A stretch of DNA of 64,000 bases from Verrucomicrobiota bacterium (lineage in GTDB: Bacteria > Verrucomicrobiota > Verrucomicrobiia > Verrucomicrobiales > DEV007): positions 1 to 64,000 of the forward strand of contig JASFYY010000008.1 in the NCBI GenBank assembly GCA_045046875.1, read 5' to 3'. The translations under genes were made by a program, and so were the position numbers. Every line of letters starts with the position of its first letter. Position 1 is the stretch's first letter. Below the pieces are notes generated by a model. That model saw only the letters and a list, made by a program, of their open reading frames with translations. It was not told the DNA's origin and made no database searches. This document shows, piece by piece, positions 9,668 to 18,943 of the stretch.

Positions 9668-10450
9668 ATGAGACTCAATAACAAAACCATCATCGTCACC
9701 GGATCGACTACCGGAATCGGCAAAGCCATCGCTCGATACTGCCTGAAGGAAGGCGCCCAAGTGCTCATCCACGGACTCGAAGCCGATCTCGCTGAACAGA
9801 CACAACAAGAACTTGATCCTGGAAAAAATAGAACGGCTACGCTCATCCAAGATCTGGCAGATTCTGACGCCGCCAAAAAAATCATCCAAGCCACCCTTGA
9901 TGCCTTCGGAAAAATCGATGCGCTGGTCAACAACGCCGCCATCGTTGGCACCGGAAATATCCAAGACACGGATGAAGAAAAATTTGATCGCTACATGTCC
10001 ATCAATGCGCGCGCGCCTTTTTTCCTCATCAAAGCTCTACTACCACACCTCGAAAAAACCAAGGGCAACATCGTCAACATTGGCTCGGTCAACGCCTACT
10101 GTGGTGAACCTGAATTACTCCCCTACTCGATGGCAAAAGGAGCCCTGCAGACGATGACGCGCAATCTCGGCGATACCCTGCACCGCGAAAACGGAGTTCG
10201 TGTCAACCAGATCAACCCCGGTTGGATCCTGACCGAAAACGAAAAACAACGCAAACAGGATCAGGGAATGGACGAAAACTGGCCAGCCGACTTGCCCGCC
10301 ATTTTTGCTCCCAGCAAACGCATCTTCAACGCCGATGAAATCGCATCTGCAGCGGTTTATTTTCTCAGTGATGAAGCAGGTCCGGTCTCCGGATCAGTGC
10401 TCGACATCGAACAATACCCGCTCATTGGTCGTAATCTCGCCAAGTGCTGA
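9668..10450 (+). CDS. Short-chain dehydrogenase/reductase (SDR)
   Basis: TGSTTGIG, VNNAA, YSMAK (YxxxK), NQINPG. Confidence 0.93.
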   Translation: MRLNNKTIIVTGSTTGIGKAIARYCLKEGAQVLIHGLEADLAEQTQQELDPGKNRTATLIQDLADSDAAKKIIQATLDAFGKIDALVNNAAIVGTGNIQDTDEEKFDRYMSINARAPFFLIKALLPHLEKTKGNIVNIGSVNAYCGEPELLPYSMAKGALQTMTRNLGDTLHRENGVRVNQINPGWILTENEKQRKQDQGMDENWPADLPAIFAPSKRIFNADEIASAAVYFLSDEAGPVSGSVLDIEQYPLIGRNLAKC

Positions 10451-10525
10451 CAGGGATTTTATTCCCGATCAAGCTTGCCTTATCGGGCTCTATTGCTCTA
10501 AACTCCCCCTTTTTCCTTATTTGTT

Positions 10526-11431
10526 ATGCCCAAACTTGCCGCTTTCCCCAAAGCCTACATGACCGCCCTCTGCAAAGACGGCACAATGAAACTCTCCGAG
10601 TGGATCGAGATCGCCTCACGCCTGGACATCGACGGCCTCGAATGGTACGCCGGCTTCCTCGAAATGCAGGATGAACAAAACTGGCCCGGTTTTCGCCAAC
10701 AAGTTGAAGACCAGGGCATGGTCATCCCAATGTTATGCTGCTCTCCTGATTTCACCCATCCCGACCGTGGATTCCGGGCCGACCAAGTGGTACAGCAAAA
10801 AAAATGGATCCGCATGATCGCCACTCTAGGCGGTTCTTATTGCCGTGTCCTGTCCGGTCAGAAACGTCCCTCCCTCACTCGTGAAGAAGGCATCATCTAC
10901 ACCACCGAATGCATCCAGGCGTGCCTGCCTTTTGCCGCTGACAACGGAATCACCCTGATTATCGAAAACCACTACAAAGACGATTTCTGGAAGTTCCCTG
11001 AGTTCGCCCAGCCCATGGACATATTCTGCGACATCGTCAACCGCATCGACCACCCTAACTTTGGAGTCAACTATGACCCCTCCAATACCTACCTCATTGG
11101 CGAAGATCCGCTCGAATTGCTGCGCCGCGTCGCCCCGCGAGTGGTGACCATGCACGCCAGCGACCGCTATCTCAAAGAAGGCAGCTTGGAAGATCTACGT
11201 GCCGAAGAAATGGGTGCCGAAGGTTACGCCCAACGCCTGTGCCATGGTGAAGTCGGTCAGGGACTCAACGATTTTGACTCCATTTTTCAAATTGCCAAAG
11301 ACTCCGGTTTTGGCAGTCCCGATCGCAAGCCGGAAAGCTGGATCAGCATCGAGGACGGCGTCGACGGCATCGAACAACTCGAACGCAGCGCCATCTTTCT
11401 ACGCCAAAAAATCGCCCAATACTGGCCTTAA
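10526..11431 (+). CDS. Sugar phosphate isomerase/epimerase (xylose isomerase-like TIM barrel)
   Basis: LIIENHYK, NYDPSN, TMHASD, GEVGQG, WISIED. Confidence 0.85.
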   Translation: MPKLAAFPKAYMTALCKDGTMKLSEWIEIASRLDIDGLEWYAGFLEMQDEQNWPGFRQQVEDQGMVIPMLCCSPDFTHPDRGFRADQVVQQKKWIRMIATLGGSYCRVLSGQKRPSLTREEGIIYTTECIQACLPFAADNGITLIIENHYKDDFWKFPEFAQPMDIFCDIVNRIDHPNFGVNYDPSNTYLIGEDPLELLRRVAPRVVTMHASDRYLKEGSLEDLRAEEMGAEGYAQRLCHGEVGQGLNDFDSIFQIAKDSGFGSPDRKPESWISIEDGVDGIEQLERSAIFLRQKIAQYWP

Positions 11432-11575
11432 CCAGGTGCAGAACCGCTTCGACTCCCACCTGCAGATATGCGTAAAAAAACCTGTAAATTGGTTGCCTGC
11501 CCCATACCACCACTGCACGACATTTTTCTACAACTTAAATATAGATTGTTTTCACGACTTAAATCTTCCCTCTTT

Positions 11576-11607
11576 ATCGGTGTTTATCAGTGAAATCAGT
11601 GGTTAAA
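11576..11607 (+). repeat. Dispersed intergenic repeat, copy 1 (ATCNGTG-type triple unit ending GGTTA)
   Basis: ATCGGTGTTT-ATCAGTGAA-ATCAGTGGTTAAA; related copies at 19745 and 20798. Confidence 0.75.
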
Positions 11608-11673
11608 TATTTTTTCGTCGTGTAGTGTGTTTCCAGATCTTAACCATCTAGTCCGCACCTAACGCTTTATCCC

Positions 11674-12198
11674 ATGGGACAAATCCGACAACTTCAGCTT
11701 TCCTACAACCCGAATCAAGATCGACTCTTGTTCCGCCTAAGCACCGCCTCGGGCCGGCATTTGGAGGAATACCGTTTCTCGCTGACCCGCCGTTACGTCC
11801 GCCTGTTGTGGAAAGCCCTGCTCGAAATTTTAAAAAACAATCTGCCCGACGAAGACAGACAAAAAAGTGAACCCACTCAGGCCGCATCGATGGCTCTCAA
11901 ACATCAGGAAGTCGTTGCCCAAGCCGACTTTAAAACCCCCTTCAAAGAAAGCCACACTTACCCGCTGGGCGAAAAACCCATCCTGGTAGGCAAGCTCAGC
12001 CTCAAAAAAGGCCCTCAGGGCGGCCAACTGCTCTCCATGCATGCACTGAAAGGTGCCGGACTGGATTTCCATTTGAATGACCAATTGCTTCACTCTTTTT
12101 GCCAATTGCTTACTCAAGCCACTCAGCGTGCCGAATGGAACCTCGACCTGGATTTTGCCCAGGCAGAAAGCCTCATCTCCAAACAAAATCTCAACTGA
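11674..12198 (+). CDS. Conserved-looking hypothetical protein
   Basis: 174-aa ORF with protein-like composition (QLSYNPNQDRLLFRL...LTRRYVRLLW; AEWNL); no function recognised. Confidence 0.7.
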   Translation: MGQIRQLQLSYNPNQDRLLFRLSTASGRHLEEYRFSLTRRYVRLLWKALLEILKNNLPDEDRQKSEPTQAASMALKHQEVVAQADFKTPFKESHTYPLGEKPILVGKLSLKKGPQGGQLLSMHALKGAGLDFHLNDQLLHSFCQLLTQATQRAEWNLDLDFAQAESLISKQNLN

Positions 12199-12285
12199 GC
12201 AAAAAGAAAGCTTGGCAGAACCACTCTTGGCATTTTAGATCAACTAACCCTTACAATTTTTTCATCAATTACGGCTACAAAGCAT

Positions 12286-12849
12286 ATGAGTAAAATCAGA
12301 ATACGGGTTCTACAGTTTTCCATGTTAGCAGTAGCTCTGCTTGGCCTGACCGGCTGCAGCCTGATCGGGCAAACTATTGGTGCCATCATCCCTCTGGCGG
12401 TTCGCTTGGCTCCGGTCAAATTGATGTTCCTCTGCATCCCGGAAAAAACACCCGTCGATACCCCCGACGGCCCGAAGGCCATCGAGTTGATCCGTCCCGG
12501 AGACCAAGTGATTGGTTTTGCCGGGCACCCTGTCCGGGTTCTGCAAATCCACGCCTATGCCGAAGACCCCACCCTCAAACGTTTTCTGCGCATCCAATTT
12601 AAAAACGGTGCCAAAGTGCAGCTCTGCGACATGCACCGCATCGATGGAACCCGTGCCCAGCATGTGAAAATTGGTGACCTTATTAATGAACAAAAAGTCA
12701 AATCCATTGAAAGCTTCGACGGAGTCATACGCTCCTACGACTTACTAACCGAAGATGAAGGCTACCAAATTTCCGGTTTACCAGTGAACAGCATGATCGA
12801 AGAAATGCTCGAAGCAGCGCGTAAAGGGCAGCAGCCCTCTCGTCATTGA
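12286..12849 (+). CDS. Lipoprotein containing a compact Hint (intein-like) domain
   Basis: Lipobox LLGLTG-C24; Hint block A C50-IPEKTPVDTPDGPKAIELIRPGDQV; block B CDMH; block F SYDL; C-terminal VN168-S169. Confidence 0.85.
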   Translation: MSKIRIRVLQFSMLAVALLGLTGCSLIGQTIGAIIPLAVRLAPVKLMFLCIPEKTPVDTPDGPKAIELIRPGDQVIGFAGHPVRVLQIHAYAEDPTLKRFLRIQFKNGAKVQLCDMHRIDGTRAQHVKIGDLINEQKVKSIESFDGVIRSYDLLTEDEGYQISGLPVNSMIEEMLEAARKGQQPSRH

Positions 12850-12908
12850 TTTACCTCTCTCAAGCAAACCTACCAGGTTACCTCCTTTTCTTTTTTAACA
12901 CTATCCCC

Positions 12909-14261
12909 ATGACCATCCACCGCCTCCCCCTGTTACTGCTCTCCGTCGTTTTTTTCAATCTGCTCGACACCCCCTTCCCCGTATTGGCAAAAGATGCTAT
13001 TCCCGCCCATCAATTTCAAATTCCGGCAAGTGACGAAGGGCTACCCGGCGCTGGCCCAATCCGTCGCTACGACTGGTTCAAAAACCTGTGGCAAAAAAGG
13101 CGCGAAACATGGTCTCAGCAAATCCAGCAGGATCAGCAAAGTCTAGTTTTTCTTGGTGATTCGATTACCCAGGGGTGGAAGTCTGATATGGGAGGTAGCT
13201 TTGGTGATGTCAAAGTCGCCAACCGTGGCATCAGCGGTGATACCACCCGCGGAGTCCTCATCCGATTAAAAGAAGACGTGCTCTCACTCAATCCTTCCGG
13301 TGTGGTCATCCTGATCGGCACCAACGATCTTGAAGAAGGAGCCAGCGCAGAAGTGATCACTGGCAACCTGAAGCTGATCATTGCCGCTCTCAAAAAGCAC
13401 AACCCAAACATGCCGATCATTCTCTGCGATGTATTCCCCAGCTCGGAAAGCAAAAAACGCCCCGCTGATCAGATTAAAAAAATCAACCAACTCTATGCGG
13501 CCGCCATCAAGGGCGATTCACAAATCACGCGCCTCGATACCTGGGCTCTGTTTGCGGATGAAAACGGCAATGCCAAAAAAGAAGAATTTCCCGATCTGCT
13601 ACATCCCAATCAAATAGGCTACCACAAATGGGCTGCCGCCCTGCGCCCCATCCTCGCCACCCATGACTTTCTCGAAACACAAGCCGATGACTTCACCCCG
13701 GAACCCGGATTCACTGCGCTATTCAACGGCAAGGATCTGACCGGTTGGGAATTCCACGCAACAGCAAAAGTTGCCAAACCTAAAAAACCCAACCCCAAGC
13801 GTCCAGCCAGACCCCTGATTAAAGTCGACATTGCCTTCGATGGAAAAACTTCCAGCAGTGATGGACGTTACTTGGCCAAAAACGGCCGCCTGATCGTCAC
13901 AACCCCAGCCGAAGGGCGCCGCATCCAGCAGTTATGGACAACTCGGGAATTCCCCAATAATTTCATCCTCAAACTCGAATTCCGTGCCACACCCAATGCC
14001 GACAGCGGTATTTTTATCCGCAAACCCCAGTTGCAGTGCCGCGACTTCCCCCTCGCCGGCCCTTACAAGGATCTGAAAAATTACAAAGCCCAGGATTGGA
14101 ATGAAATGGTGATCACCGTCAAAGACGGCCTGGCTCACTGCACCTGTAATGGTGAAGTGCTCGAAGCCGCGCTCAAAGTTCCCGCCACCGGCCCGATCGG
14201 ACTGGAAGGTGATCGCGGCCAAATGGAATACCGCCGTATTCGCTTGAAAGAGTTACCTTAA
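12909..14261 (+). CDS. Secreted SGNH/GDSL esterase fused to a DUF1080 (3-keto-disaccharide hydrolase-like) domain
   Basis: Signal peptide; GDSIT, NRGISGDT, GTND, DLLHP; then LFNGKDLTGW...DSGIF...GPIGLE...YRRIR. Confidence 0.88.
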   Translation: MTIHRLPLLLLSVVFFNLLDTPFPVLAKDAIPAHQFQIPASDEGLPGAGPIRRYDWFKNLWQKRRETWSQQIQQDQQSLVFLGDSITQGWKSDMGGSFGDVKVANRGISGDTTRGVLIRLKEDVLSLNPSGVVILIGTNDLEEGASAEVITGNLKLIIAALKKHNPNMPIILCDVFPSSESKKRPADQIKKINQLYAAAIKGDSQITRLDTWALFADENGNAKKEEFPDLLHPNQIGYHKWAAALRPILATHDFLETQADDFTPEPGFTALFNGKDLTGWEFHATAKVAKPKKPNPKRPARPLIKVDIAFDGKTSSSDGRYLAKNGRLIVTTPAEGRRIQQLWTTREFPNNFILKLEFRATPNADSGIFIRKPQLQCRDFPLAGPYKDLKNYKAQDWNEMVITVKDGLAHCTCNGEVLEAALKVPATGPIGLEGDRGQMEYRRIRLKELP

Positions 14262-14279
14262 GGGTTCTGGCACCAAAGC

Positions 14280-15293
14280 TCACTTCACCGCCACCACCAT
14301 GAAGTCGGGACCAAGCAAATGCTCGACTCTGGCCTCTTTAAACCCGGCAGCTTTCATCCAGCCTATGCAATCAGCTCCGGTGTAATCAAATCCACCCGGA
14401 GTTTCAATCAGCATATTAAGACTCATCAGTAAACCAAAGGTATTTTCCCGCCGCTCATCATCGATCAAGGAATCATAAACGACAAACATTCCTCCTTCAG
14501 GCAAAGCTTGCCAGGCCTTGGCAATCAAGACCTTTTTCTGCTCCAGATCCCAATCATGGAGGATATGCCCCATCAAAATCACATCCGCCTTGGGCAAGTC
14601 ATCGGTGAAAAAATCTCCTCCAACAAAGGACAAATTCTCGCTCAGCCCGTTAGCTTCGACATAATCTTCAAAAACAGGTTCCACCTGCGGCAGATCAAAA
14701 CCCATACCCTTTAAGTGAGGCTGCACTTTTGCTATCTGCACAGCCAAATCCCCTTGTGCGGTGCCGACATCAGCAAAAGTAGAATAATCCGACCAAGGCA
14801 ACTGTTGCGCCATCGTCATATTAGCTCCACGACTCACCCCGGTCATCGCCCCAAGGAACTCCTTCAACTTCGCCGGATCCGCATATAACTCGAGGAACAA
14901 ATCGTCGCCATCCTTCTCCTCACTCTGTGGTTGCCCGGTTTTCAAGGCGGTCGTCAGGTGAGCCCAAGTCGGGTAAAGCCGGTTATTGGCCATTTCCAGA
15001 ATACCTCCCATGTAAGACTCTTTATTTTTGTCCAAAAACAAATCCGTTTCAGGCGCATTGGAATAAATACCTTTTTCTCGATTGAGAAAACCGAGGGCCA
15101 CCAAGGTATCAAGGAAATCCTGAGCACCTCGCTCGTGCAATCCAAGACGGTTTTGCAAAGCTTGCAAATCTTCTGCTTGTTTTGCTAATTCAGTGAACAG
15201 TTCAATTTCAACCGCGCTCAATAGCGCTTTGGATGCCCAGAAGGCAGTGCCGGTTTGCAAAATATGGTCAGGAGTAAGTGGAGTATCAGACAT
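14280..15293 (-). CDS. SAM-dependent O-methyltransferase (Methyltransf_2 with dimerisation domain)
   Basis: FWASKAL, DVGTAQG, FDLP, GDFF, GHILHDW. ATG at 15293. Confidence 0.92.
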   Translation of the reverse strand: MSDTPLTPDHILQTGTAFWASKALLSAVEIELFTELAKQAEDLQALQNRLGLHERGAQDFLDTLVALGFLNREKGIYSNAPETDLFLDKNKESYMGGILEMANNRLYPTWAHLTTALKTGQPQSEEKDGDDLFLELYADPAKLKEFLGAMTGVSRGANMTMAQQLPWSDYSTFADVGTAQGDLAVQIAKVQPHLKGMGFDLPQVEPVFEDYVEANGLSENLSFVGGDFFTDDLPKADVILMGHILHDWDLEQKKVLIAKAWQALPEGGMFVVYDSLIDDERRENTFGLLMSLNMLIETPGGFDYTGADCIGWMKAAGFKEARVEHLLGPDFMVVAVK

Positions 15294-15412
15294 GTTGAAC
15301 AATGAACTTGAAAACCAAAATTTAAACAAGGGTTTTTCATAAAAAAATCACCAACAAATACAAAACCGCTCTAACAAAAGTTAACTTCCATCCACCACAA
15401 TGCCCTTTCAAC

Positions 15413-15766
15413 CTATACCAAATCCCCACCATCTCCATCGTGGAAATGTTTCATCAACTGGGCGTGGGATTGGATATTGTAGAAGCGGTATACTTCCTTG
15501 ATATACCCAGCTACTGTATTTTCGGAAATGCCGAGTTGCGCAGCAATCTGTTTGCGCCCAAGTCCCTCAAGGAGAAGATTCAATGTAGTTCTTTGCCGAG
15601 GCGATAACATTTGCCCTTTTATTTTTTTTGCCCGGGGCCAGGACTCAGCGTGAAGCCAAGGAACCTCCGAAAGCACAATATGGGCAATGCGCGCTTCTTT
15701 TTCAGTAAACAAACTATCGCTCTCCTTCTTATACATCGCAATCCATACAATTTGGTGGGTAGACAT
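15413..15766 (-). CDS. LuxR-family HTH regulator, short and possibly N-terminally truncated
   Basis: LSPRQRTTLNLLLEGLGRKQIAAQLGISENTVAGYIKEVY; in-frame stop 6 codons upstream of the ATG. Confidence 0.7.
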   Translation of the reverse strand: MSTHQIVWIAMYKKESDSLFTEKEARIAHIVLSEVPWLHAESWPRAKKIKGQMLSPRQRTTLNLLLEGLGRKQIAAQLGISENTVAGYIKEVYRFYNIQSHAQLMKHFHDGDGGDLV

Positions 15767-15961
15767 TTTAGGGAGAATGATTTAGCTCAGCTTTTATTAT
15801 CCTTGCCACTCTAACGAGCAGTAGGGTTTTTCGCTATACGTGAATATACGTATTTCCAACAAGAAAAATGTCCCCCAATTCGGGGGGGAGGGGGGGGGAG
15901 CCGTGTGGAAGATCTACTCAAAAAGCCCGCTTTACTATTTAACCCGCGTCCGCCTCTCTCG

Positions 15962-15984
15962 GCGGGTGGGGACACCCGCTCTAC
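15962..15984 (-). repeat. GTAG-type REP-like palindrome
   Basis: Minus strand reads GTAG-A-GCGGGTG-TCCC-CACCCGC: GTAG foot plus a perfect 7-bp hairpin, in an intergenic region. Confidence 0.6.
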
Positions 15985-16061
15985 ATCACTCCTCATTTTT
16001 CATCCTCACCTATTCACCTCCATTCGCACCTTCTTCCTCCCCCTCCTCACTTTCCGCATCC

Positions 16062-16565
16062 TTATTCAACATTCTTCTCCTCCACCACCTCGGCTTCGAT
16101 GATCACATCTTCTTGTGAGCGATTGCGCCCGGCTTCTGAAAAAACCCGATCCCTCTCCCCTTGCTCACCGCCCATGTTCATATCCATATCACTACCCACC
16201 ACTTGGATTTTTTCTTTTAGATATTTTCCCAAGTGTTTTTTCACTACCGCCCGAACACCAGGTATCAATAAAGAGAAGCCCACAGCATCAGTGAGAAATC
16301 CAGGCGTCAGCAAAACCGCACCAGCTACCAGAATGATTAAACCATCGATGATCTCCTCATGTGGCAAACGTCCTTCATTCAACGCCTGTTGGTAACTAAG
16401 CAATGCGCGCATGCCTTGCAATCGGGTCAACCAGGCTCCCAAAAAACCTGTCAGCAAAATAATTCCGAAAGTAGGAAAAATACCAATGCTCTTACCTAGA
16501 GTCATAAAAAGAACCAACTCAAGAACAGGAACGGTAATAAACAAAATGAGCAATCTCGCAAACAT
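16062..16565 (-). CDS. fxsA: FxsA family membrane protein
   Basis: LFITVPVLELVLF...GAVLLTPGFLTDAVG...IIEAEVVE. Confidence 0.92.
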   Translation of the reverse strand: MFARLLILFITVPVLELVLFMTLGKSIGIFPTFGIILLTGFLGAWLTRLQGMRALLSYQQALNEGRLPHEEIIDGLIILVAGAVLLTPGFLTDAVGFSLLIPGVRAVVKKHLGKYLKEKIQVVGSDMDMNMGGEQGERDRVFSEAGRNRSQEDVIIEAEVVEEKNVE

Positions 16566-16620
16566 AATCTGATATCAGTATAAGCCCAATTTTTCACTTG
16601 CGCGACCCACAGATGGGCAT

Positions 16621-16653
16621 AAAAAAACTCCGGATCTCTCGATCCGGAGTTTT
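16621..16653 (-). terminator. Rho-independent terminator downstream of glutamine synthetase
   Basis: AAAACTCCGGATC-tctc-GATCCGGAGTTTT hairpin with a T-run on the minus strand. Confidence 0.85.
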
Positions 16654-16684
16654 CCATTTTGTCCTTCCGAACAAATTTTCACAC

Positions 16685-18838
16685 CTAACGGAGGAACAAA
16701 AGTTCCTGATAGGTTGGCAAAGGCCAAAGATCATCAGCGACGACAGCCTCCAATTTATCGACCACCGAACGAACCTTGAGCATTGCAGGCAGGACATTTT
16801 TTACCCAATCCTGTGGATCTGCTCCTGCTGCTGCGTGAGCTTTTTCCAAAACCACAATCGTATCTTCCAGGTCAGAAACCAATCCCGCCAAAGCTGACGC
16901 AGTAGTGAGATCAGCAGCCATGCCAATTTCTTTCATCTTGGCAGCCGTGCTGGCCAACTCATTGAGATAACGAGTCGCTGCTGGGTAGATCATGGTTTTA
17001 GCCATCTCTGTCACCAGATTAGCTTCCACGTTCACATGCGCACAATATTGCTCGGAATAAACTTCCTGGCGACTGTGCAACTCCTGTTGGCTCAACACAT
17101 CGTATTTTTCGAACAACTCCACCACTTCCTTGCTGGTCAAAACCGGCAGAGAGTCAGCAGTCGTTTTCAGGTTTGGCAAACCGCGTTTGGCCGCTTCTTC
17201 ATGCCATTCAGTCGAATAACCGTCACCGTTGAAAATGATGTTACCATGTTTCACCATGATCTCCTGCAACACTTTCTGAATCGCTGCATTCAGGTCATCC
17301 GCCCCTTCAAGCTGGCTGGCGATGAAGTCGAGTGACTCCGCCACGATCGTATTCATCGCAACTAATGGGCCTGAGATCGATTGGTTCGATCCCACGGCAC
17401 GGAACTCAAAACGGTTACCTGTGAAAGCAAAAGGCGAAGTCCGGTTACGGTCACCTGCATCCTTAGGAAGGTCTGGCAAAGTATCCACCCCGATGTTGAG
17501 TATGCCTCTTTGTTTTGAGTTGGTAGCTCCGCCACCTTTGATTTGATCAAACACATCCGAGAGCTGCTCTCCGAGGAAAATAGAAATGATCGCCGGCGGC
17601 GCTTCATTCGCTCCCAAACGATGATCATTACCAGCAGAAGCCACCACCGCACGCAGCAGCGGAGCGTAAATGCTGACTGCACGAATCACAGCACCCGCAA
17701 AAACCAGGAACTGAGCGTTTTCGTGTGGTGTGTCACCGGGATCCATCAGGTTTTTCTGCGTCGAGTTTCCCATCGACCAGTTGACGTGTTTACCCGACCC
17801 ATTAAGACCAGCAAAAGGCTTTTCGTGCATCAGACACAACAGACCGTGTTTATCCGCAACCTTCTTGAGCGTCGTCATGATCAACTGCTGATGATCAGAT
17901 CCCACATTGGCTGATTCAAAAACCGGAGCGATTTCATACTGCCCGGGAGCCACTTCGTTGTGACGTGTTTTTGAAGGGATGCCCAACTTGAAAAGCTCAC
18001 GATCCACATCATACATGCAAGCCATGATGCGATCGGGGATCACACCAAAGTAGTGATCGTCAAACTCCTGCCCTTTTGGAGGCGCCGCACCAAAAACTGT
18101 GCGTCCGGCAGCCAACAAATCAGGACGGCCATAAGCGAGTCCTTTGTCGATCAAAAAATACTCTTGCTCAGGACCAGCACTGGCCGTGATGTTGGCAATC
18201 TTGTCGTGCCCGAACAATTCGAGAATTCGACGAGCCTGTTTATCCAAAGCCTGCATCGATTTCAATACGGGAGTCTTTTTATCCAAAGCCTCACCCGTCC
18301 ATGAGACAAACGAAGTTGGGATGTTCAAAGTGGTGCCATTCGGGTTCTCAACGAGATACGCCGGGCTGGTCACATCCCAAGCCGTGTATCCACGAGCCGT
18401 GTGAGTCGCGCGAATGCCCCCATTAGGAAAAGATGAAGCGTCCGGTTCGCCCTGAATCAAAGTCTTGCCTTTGAAGTTGGAGATAGCCGCCGTGCCGTCG
18501 GGAGACGGGTCATAAAAACTGTCATGTTTCTCTGCAGTGAATCCGGTCAGTGGATAAAACACGTGAGTGAAGTGAGTCGCGCCTTTGGCCATCGCCCAGT
18601 TTTTCATCGCTTCCGCGACTTCATCGGCAATCGATTCATCCAGTTTGACTCCTCCACTGATCGTTTTTTTGATCGAGGTGAAAGTCTCAGGACTGAGCAC
18701 CTTTTCCATCACCGTGAGGCTAAAGGTGTTAGCTCCAAAAATAGTTTCTGGAGATTCGTCTGAGAAATTGACGGTATTTTCTGTCGCACATCGATTAGCG
18801 ATATTTGACACGGCTTCCGAGCGGGCTGTTGTTTTCAT
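16685..18838 (-). CDS. glnA: Glutamine synthetase type III
   Basis: 717 aa; [73 protein letters not shown]. Confidence 0.96.
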   Translation of the reverse strand: MKTTARSEAVSNIANRCATENTVNFSDESPETIFGANTFSLTVMEKVLSPETFTSIKKTISGGVKLDESIADEVAEAMKNWAMAKGATHFTHVFYPLTGFTAEKHDSFYDPSPDGTAAISNFKGKTLIQGEPDASSFPNGGIRATHTARGYTAWDVTSPAYLVENPNGTTLNIPTSFVSWTGEALDKKTPVLKSMQALDKQARRILELFGHDKIANITASAGPEQEYFLIDKGLAYGRPDLLAAGRTVFGAAPPKGQEFDDHYFGVIPDRIMACMYDVDRELFKLGIPSKTRHNEVAPGQYEIAPVFESANVGSDHQQLIMTTLKKVADKHGLLCLMHEKPFAGLNGSGKHVNWSMGNSTQKNLMDPGDTPHENAQFLVFAGAVIRAVSIYAPLLRAVVASAGNDHRLGANEAPPAIISIFLGEQLSDVFDQIKGGGATNSKQRGILNIGVDTLPDLPKDAGDRNRTSPFAFTGNRFEFRAVGSNQSISGPLVAMNTIVAESLDFIASQLEGADDLNAAIQKVLQEIMVKHGNIIFNGDGYSTEWHEEAAKRGLPNLKTTADSLPVLTSKEVVELFEKYDVLSQQELHSRQEVYSEQYCAHVNVEANLVTEMAKTMIYPAATRYLNELASTAAKMKEIGMAADLTTASALAGLVSDLEDTIVVLEKAHAAAGADPQDWVKNVLPAMLKVRSVVDKLEAVVADDLWPLPTYQELLFLR

Positions 18839-18912
18839 TGGTTCTGTTTCTTGCTATTTAAAAGATGTCGCGCTAAAAACGATAGAATGTTTTGCTGTCG
18901 ACATCTTCTATA

Positions 18913-18930
18913 AAGCACGGATTGTGCCAA
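18913..18930 (-). promoter_or_regulatory. Sigma54 (-24/-12) promoter for glutamine synthetase
   Basis: Minus strand TTGGCACAATCCGTGCTT = GG-N10-GC, about 75 bp upstream of the GS start. Confidence 0.8.
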
Positions 18931-18943
18931 GTGGAAAATAGGA

